Shown: positions 58,708 through 64,000 of the stretch, piece by piece
How the letters are laid out: each line of letters starts with the position of its first letter
How positions within the stretch are numbered: position 1 is the stretch's first letter
NCBI GenBank assembly: GCA_963745655.1
Contig: CAVUYK010000007.1
Location: 170,985 to 234,984, forward strand
Reading direction: 5' to 3'
Length of the DNA stretch: 64,000 nucleotides
From: Terriglobales bacterium
GTDB lineage: Bacteria; Acidobacteriota; Terriglobia; Bryobacterales; Bryobacteraceae
Position numbers and translations under genes: made by a program
Notes under the pieces: generated by a model
Told to the model about the DNA's origin: nothing
The model's database searches: none
Seen by the model: only the letters and a program-made list of their open reading frames with translations

Positions 58708-60351
58708 ATGATTCAACCCCATCCGAACGGGTCCCGCACTCGTATCCTACTCAGCTCCGTTTTCGGTCCGTACGCCCAGGACGACAATTTCGGCAGCCGC
58801 GCCATCAACCCGATGGAGCTTTACCACAACCAGGTGACCCGTGCGCAGGGATCGTTTTCCCTGCGACGCTTCCACCGCTCGTGGGGCATCATGATGATCC
58901 AGAACAACATCTCGGCGCCCTGCGCGGTCATGGATTTTCCCACCCGCGAGGCGTTCGCGAACGAGCTGACCCAAAACCACTACGACGTGGTGGGTATCTC
59001 ATCGATCATCGTAAACGTGGGCAAAGCCCGCGAAATGTGCCGTGTCGTGCGCAAGCTCTCGCCGCACTCCACCATTATTGTCGGCGGACACGTGGCGGCC
59101 ATTCCCGGCGTCGAGCACCTGTTGGATGCCGATCATATCGTCAAAGGGGACGGCATCGAGTGGATGCGCCGCTACCTCGGCGAAGACGTCGACGCGCCCA
59201 TCGCTCATCCCCCGCTCTCCTCCGGTTTCGACCTGCGCGTGATGGGCGTCAAGATTCCCGAGAGAGTCGACAGTTCCGCGACGGTGATCGCTTCAGTGGG
59301 CTGTCCCATGGGGTGCAACTTCTGCACTACCTCATCGTTCTTCGGCGGCAAGGGCAAAGTGCTCAACTTCTACGAGACGGGCGAGGAACTGTTCAAGGTG
59401 ATGGAGGAGGCGGAGACTACTCGCAAGGTGAAGTCCTTCTTCATCATGGACGAGAACTTTCTCTTGCAGAAGCAGCGCGCCATGGATCTGCTTGATCGCA
59501 TGAAGCAGACCGGGAAAAGCTGGGGGCTTAACATCTTTTCTTCCGCCAATGCCATCCGCAAGTACAGTTGCGAGCAATTAGTGGAGCTGGGCATCAGCTC
59601 GATCTGGATGGGGCTCGAATCGCCGCGCTCGAACTACTCGAAACTGGATGGCGCCGACACGCTGCAGATGTCGCGGGAACTGCGTGGGCACGGCATCACG
59701 CTGCTGGGTTCAACCATTATCGGCCTGGAGCATCACACGCCCGAGAACATCACCGCGGAGATCGAGCACGCCATCGCGCACGAGACCGATCTGCACCAGT
59801 TCATGCTCTACACGCCGGTGCCGGGCACGCCGCTCTACAGCGAGATGGCCGGGCAGGGCAAGCTGCTGGACGTCGATCTGGCGGATATTCACGGCCAGCT
59901 CGGCTTCAATTTCCAGCACGCGGCGATCTCGCGCGAGGAGTCCAAGAAGTTCCTCGACTGGGCTTTCTGGCGCGATTTCGAGCGCAATGGCCCCAGCCTG
60001 TTCCGCATCTGCCGGACTACTTTCGAAGGTTGGAAGCGTTACAGGAATCACCCCGACCTGCGCGTCAGGGAGCGATTTGAGCGGGAAGCCAAGGCGCTGC
60101 GGCGCTCCTACGCCGGCATGCTCTGGGCCATGGAGCACCGGCTCAAGGAAACCAATCTGAACGTGTCCGTGCAAATCCGCGCGCTGCGCCAGGACCTGGA
60201 GCGCGAATTCGGGCTGCTGACGGCCGCCGCGGCCCGCCTGCTCGGTCCCGTGCTGTGGTGGACCAGCCTGCGCGAGGACAAGCGCCTGGCCCAGGGTCAT
60301 GGCTACGAACCGCCGACCATAGTCGAACGCCACAACTGGGTGGAAGCGTAG
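58708..60351 (+). CDS. B12-binding-domain radical SAM protein (class B rSAM), substrate unknown
   Basis: 547 aa. N-terminal cobalamin-binding fold (YDVVGISSIIVNVGKAREMCRVVRKLSPHSTIIVGGHVAA). CxxxCxxC cluster motif VGCPMGCNFCTTS. Confidence 0.8.
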   Translation: MIQPHPNGSRTRILLSSVFGPYAQDDNFGSRAINPMELYHNQVTRAQGSFSLRRFHRSWGIMMIQNNISAPCAVMDFPTREAFANELTQNHYDVVGISSIIVNVGKAREMCRVVRKLSPHSTIIVGGHVAAIPGVEHLLDADHIVKGDGIEWMRRYLGEDVDAPIAHPPLSSGFDLRVMGVKIPERVDSSATVIASVGCPMGCNFCTTSSFFGGKGKVLNFYETGEELFKVMEEAETTRKVKSFFIMDENFLLQKQRAMDLLDRMKQTGKSWGLNIFSSANAIRKYSCEQLVELGISSIWMGLESPRSNYSKLDGADTLQMSRELRGHGITLLGSTIIGLEHHTPENITAEIEHAIAHETDLHQFMLYTPVPGTPLYSEMAGQGKLLDVDLADIHGQLGFNFQHAAISREESKKFLDWAFWRDFERNGPSLFRICRTTFEGWKRYRNHPDLRVRERFEREAKALRRSYAGMLWAMEHRLKETNLNVSVQIRALRQDLEREFGLLTAAAARLLGPVLWWTSLREDKRLAQGHGYEPPTIVERHNWVEA

Positions 60352-60561
60352 GGGCGCCGGCCGCTCCCCAGCGCCAAGTTCCTGTTTCCGCCGCTTCGCG
60401 GTACAGCGATTCGATGTCCTCCGGCACGGGACGAATCGGGACCAGCCCGGAGCGGGTCCTCAGGGTCGCCAGACCGTGGGACAGGAAGGCGCCACCATAG
60501 CCAGCACTGTGCTGCACTTGAGACTTTCGATAGCGAGCGGTTTCAAAAAGACATTCCGGAC

Positions 60562-60996
60562 TCAGCCGGCTGCCAAAGGCTCAGAAGTTCCGAATCCAGC
60601 CGGTGGTAGCGCCGCTTGGGAGCAAAGCGCGGTTTCCATTGCCGCGGTAATCGCCGTGTGCGAGAACGGCTTTTCGACGAATCTGTCAATCAGCCCTTGC
60701 TCCAGGGCCGCTTGTATGGCGGGATCGTCCTTGTAGAAGTAACCTGAGATGAGCATAATCGGGACGCCGGGGGCGGCACGACGAATCTGTCCGGCCAGCT
60801 CCAGGCCATCGATATCCGGCAACTTGGCATCCAGCAGGACCAAAGCCAGACGGTTCTGTCGGGCTGCCCGGAGAGCGCCCTGGCAATCCAGCGCTCGGAT
60901 GCACTGAGCCTTCAGGCCCTCCACCAGATGCTCGAGGGCCCAGCAGACATCAGGGTCGTCGTCCACGACCAGGACGACCCGCTTCAAGCGGCTCAC
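60562..60996 (-). CDS. Response regulator, receiver domain only
   Basis: VVLVVDDDPDVCWAL...LVLLDAKLPDIDGLELA...PIMLISGY. The start overlaps the histidine kinase stop region. Confidence 0.8.
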   Translation of the reverse strand: MSRLKRVVLVVDDDPDVCWALEHLVEGLKAQCIRALDCQGALRAARQNRLALVLLDAKLPDIDGLELAGQIRRAAPGVPIMLISGYFYKDDPAIQAALEQGLIDRFVEKPFSHTAITAAMETALCSQAALPPAGFGTSEPLAAG

Positions 60997-60998
60997 CG

Positions 60999-62882
60999 CT
61001 ATAGCTCCTCTGTCGGGGACAGCAACGGGAGTCTCACCGCGAAGGTGCTCCCCTTCCCGCTCTGGCTATCCACGCTGATCGAGCCCTTGTGTTGATCCAC
61101 GATGGAATGGCAGATGGAAAGCCCGAGCCCGGTGCCCTTTCCAGGAGAAGCCTTCGTGTAGAACGGATCGAAGATCTTGCCGAGGTCTTCAGGAGAGATC
61201 CCGTCTCCCGTGTCGGTGACGCGGACCAGCAGATCGCCGCCGTGACGGTCGGCGGAGACGTCGAGCGTCCCGCCGTTTGGCATAGCGTTAATGGCGTTGA
61301 GGAACAGGTTCGTAAACACCTGTTCCAGGAGGCCGAAGACACCCAGGATCAGGCAGGGCTCAGGCGGGAGGTGCGTGCGAACTTCGATATTCTGAACCTT
61401 AGCCTGGTTCTCTACAATACTCAGTGCCCCGTTCACAACTGCCGGAGGTCCACCGGCGTCTTGTGCTTGTTCGTGGACGGGTGGGCAAAACGCAGGAGGT
61501 TCTCAATGATGGCGCTTGCTTTCCGGATGCCCCTGTGGACCTTCTCGGCGCACTCGCGGTGAAACTCCGGGGTGAGGTTCTCTTCCGTAAGGAACTGGGC
61601 GGCCGAGGAAGCGATGGTCAAGGGAGTTCGGATTTCGTGGGCGATCCCTCTAGCCATCACGCCGAGGGAGGCCAGCTTCTGCGATTCCTGGATTTGCATC
61701 TCGAACTTACGCCGTTCCGTCAAGTCCCGGCCAACGATCACGAAGCCCACCGTTTGTCCAGCGTCGTTCGTCATCTGAGAGAGAACCCAGGACACGGACT
61801 GGTCCTTCCCGTCCTTGGTCTTCAGGTTGCATTCGATCATGCCGGAGCTTTCTCGCGGCGCCGATCGGGAGAAAAACCTTCGAACGCCGGCGTCGTCGCA
61901 GCATTCGAAAAACGGGCGGCCCTTCACCTCCTCGAAGGAGTACCCGGAAGTTTTTTGAGCAGCCTTGTTCCAAGTCAGGATATTGCCCCTGGTGTCGGTG
62001 GAGAGGACAATATCGCTGGCGCTTTCGACCACGCTTGCCAGTTGGCGTTCCATCTGCCGGATCTCTTCGCTCATCCTCATCTGTTCAGTAACATCGTCCA
62101 TGAGAAGCAGCACGTAATCGACCCGGACTCCCCAGCTCACGGGGACGAACGCTGTAGTAGTAGACCCGAATCGGGACGCCAGGAGTGCGGTAGGTCAGTC
62201 TCTGGCCTTGCATCGCCTGGTTGTCTTTGAAGACGTTCCGGACCTGCCGTTCCAGCCCCATTTCCGCAATGATCACCTCCGGGAAGACCTCGGTGAGCCG
62301 CTTACCGGTGGTCTGGCCGGCGGTCTGCTGGGACTTCTCAAGGAAGTTCCGGTTGGCCAAAACCACGCGCAGGTCTTCGTCCAGGAGCAGAACCGACGAG
62401 GGAATGGCGTCCAGCAGCATCCGACAAAGCAGCTCGAATCGCTTTCCTGCGCTGACATCGCTGGCGACGACCAGGCATGCGCTTTGGCCCGCGACGCGCA
62501 CAGTGGATCTTGCGACCTCGACGTAAATGACCGCCCCGTCTTTCCTTACGTGCCGCCACGGCCCTCTCTGCTCCGCGGAAACAGGCGACCTGAGTACAAC
62601 ATCGAGGGGGGCGGACATGTCCGCCGGCAGATGAAGCTGCCGCACTGTCATCGCCAGGAACTCTTCATGCGAGTAGCCGTAGCATTCTACGGCCGCGTCG
62701 TTGACTGCAAGAAACGAAAGCGTCCGCGGGTCGTAGATCCACATTGGCGCCGCGCTCTTCTCAAAGAGCCCGGACGCAGCTTCCCTGACAAGACCCGTTC
62801 GTGCGCGCGGAGTGGTACGGCGGGAGACACTTGCCAAGCAGCTTATCGGCACCCTGGCACGATGTCTGAGGGGGGCGAACAC
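60999..62882 (-). pseudogene. Multi-PAS sensor histidine kinase, two frame disruptions (~61434 and ~62150)
   Basis: Three ORF fragments are in series. The first holds PAS domains (62085..62882). The second holds PAS plus HisKA, with ASLGVMARGIAHEIRTPL (61433..62140). The third holds HATPase_c, with NAMPNGGTL...GKGTGLGLSI (60999..61436). At 61434, QL-TGA-NGALSIVE becomes QLVNGALSIVE if one G is restored. Confidence 0.75.
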
Positions 62883-63008
62883 CTCAGCTCAGATTCTCAG
62901 TGTGTACCCCGCGAGACCTAGAGCGAGCACGGAGTGAAATACCTTATGTTGCGCGCGGCCCTGCCGTCCGAAGGAGTGAGCGACGGATCTCGGACGCAGA
63001 CGAGAGCA

Positions 63009-63596
63009 ATGAGCGACAAGGAATCCCGCGGCCGCTGAAAGGACGCTGGTCTACATCCCGATCATCCATACCCAGGCTGACATGGGCGGGTTCGGCCGAC
63101 ACTTCAGAGGTGAGATTGGCCAAACTGGGTCCGCAAGGTCTGGCGCGCCACGCCGGCCTGGTGGCGCAGATGTGGGACCAGATCGAGCGCGTAGTGGGAA
63201 GCCTTCCGGTGACGCCGGCAAAGTGCGGGTCTATCAGGACGGATTGCCGGTTTGCGGGCACGAGCGGCAGATCGTTTCCCAACTGGCGGAGGCAGGCAGC
63301 CGCAATCACCGGTTGCTGCTGCGGCTCGAGGCCCGGGGCGCGGTGCTCATGGGCACCGAGTCCGGGGAACTGCTGGTCGAGGAGTATCGCCTGGCGAGCG
63401 CGATCCTGACTTCCGGCGGCGGGGCCTGGCCCGTGCGGAAGCCCGCCAGAAGGCGTCGAGCGATGCGCTGCTGGAGAAGCGCGACCGCTATATTGCGGCT
63501 CGCATCAACGCCACGCTGGCCGCCGGAGAGACGGGCATCCTGTTTCTGGGGATGCTGCACGCCGTGAACCGCCTCTGGACCCGGATGTGCGGGTGA
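63009..63596 (+). pseudogene. Conserved-looking hypothetical gene, heavily frame-disrupted (about 4 shifts); 3' end uncertain
   Basis: Protein-like text must be stitched from three frames: MSDKESR / AAERTLVYIPIIHTQADMG / SEVRLAKLGPQGLARHAGLVAQMWDQIERVVGSLP / GKVRVYQDGLPVCGHERQIVSQLAEAGSRNHRLLLRLEARGAVLMGTESGELLVEEY / [44 protein letters not shown]. The junctions are near 63028, 63092, 63200 and 63415, all in G/C runs. Confidence 0.4.
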
Positions 63597-63640
63597 TCTA
63601 TCCGCTTGCGGCCTCCGCAGAACCAAGGAGGCGGCGCAGA

Positions 63641-64000
63641 GTGAACCCGCCAGGGCAGGGTCCTGATTGTCGACGACGAGCCGGAACTGGCCTCGACACT
63701 GGCCCGGCTGGTGAGCCGCGAGGGGCTGACTCCGGTCCTGGCGAGCGATGGGCCGTCGGCTTTGCACCTGGTCCGGTCGGGGACCCGGACGTCATTCTGC
63801 TGGATTTCAGGATGCCGGGGATGGACGGCATGGAAGTGATGCGCCGGGCCAAGCGCCTGGATGAGGATCTGCCGGTGATCCTGATCACCGCTTTCGCCGG
63901 AGGTGCGGGGGGCGGTGGAGGCGATGCGGGCGGGCGCCTACGACTACCTGGCCAAGCCCTTCAACCATCAGGAGGTCGTCCGGATGGTCCTGCGCGCCCT
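63641..64000 (+). pseudogene. Response regulator receiver domain (NtrC/AtoC-like receiver), partial at window end, about 3 frame disruptions
   Basis: AAGGAGG lies 9 nt upstream of GTG-63641. The stitched reading is MNPPGQ / [41 protein letters not shown] / [37 protein letters not shown] / [33 protein letters not shown]. The junctions are near 63655, 63775 and 63898. Confidence 0.6.

Overview
GC-rich chromosomal segment, gene-dense on both strands. It most likely comes from an Acidobacteriota genome (Solibacter/Bryobacter-like). That placement is an inference from a TIGR03436-type 'VWFA-related acidobacterial' protein, many Sec/Tat-exported glycan-degrading enzymes, FG-GAP and TPR proteins.

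I support about 50 protein genes and one tRNA-Glu(CUC). I saw no rRNA, CRISPR array, transposase, integrase or phage genes.

Content by position:
- 0-9 kb: exported beta-helix protein, unknown polytopic membrane protein, amidohydrolase, and two tandem DUF4091/GH123-like lipoproteins.
- 9-26 kb: housekeeping island (purC, cvpA, HAD phosphatase, cobO, accD, guaB, efp), interspersed with a CheY-like regulator, VWA protein, rhomboid, MFS transporter, MerR regulator and a ~1100-aa glycoside hydrolase.
- 27-33.5 kb: TetR-linked RND efflux operon.
- 35-39.7 kb: a 1016-aa zinc-ribbon/TM/jelly-roll protein translationally coupled to a TPR protein.
- 39.9-46.4 kb: LacI-linked GH29-GH38-GH29 operon.
- 46.6-52.8 kb: PadR-linked second RND system.
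- 52.9-58.4 kb: exported sulfatase, amidohydrolase, SelA-like PLP enzyme, RidA and BNR sialidase.
- 58.7-64 kb: B12-binding radical SAM gene, then two-component genes.

Structure not explained by genes:
- A 174-bp MITE-like insertion with perfect 16-bp terminal inverted repeats and an 8-bp target-site duplication.
- A family of long palindromic intergenic elements, two of which share 26-27-bp arms.
- A 279-bp in-frame tandem duplication inside the giant protein.
- About 20 single-base frame disruptions in otherwise well-conserved genes. Seven or more fall in the last ~1 kb. Most resolve to one extra base in a short G/C run. This could be assembly error or real gene decay, and I cannot tell which from sequence alone.

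I found no recognisable known defence or mobile system. The most interesting candidates are the exported SelA-like/RidA/amidohydrolase module and the zinc-ribbon giant protein with its TPR partner.
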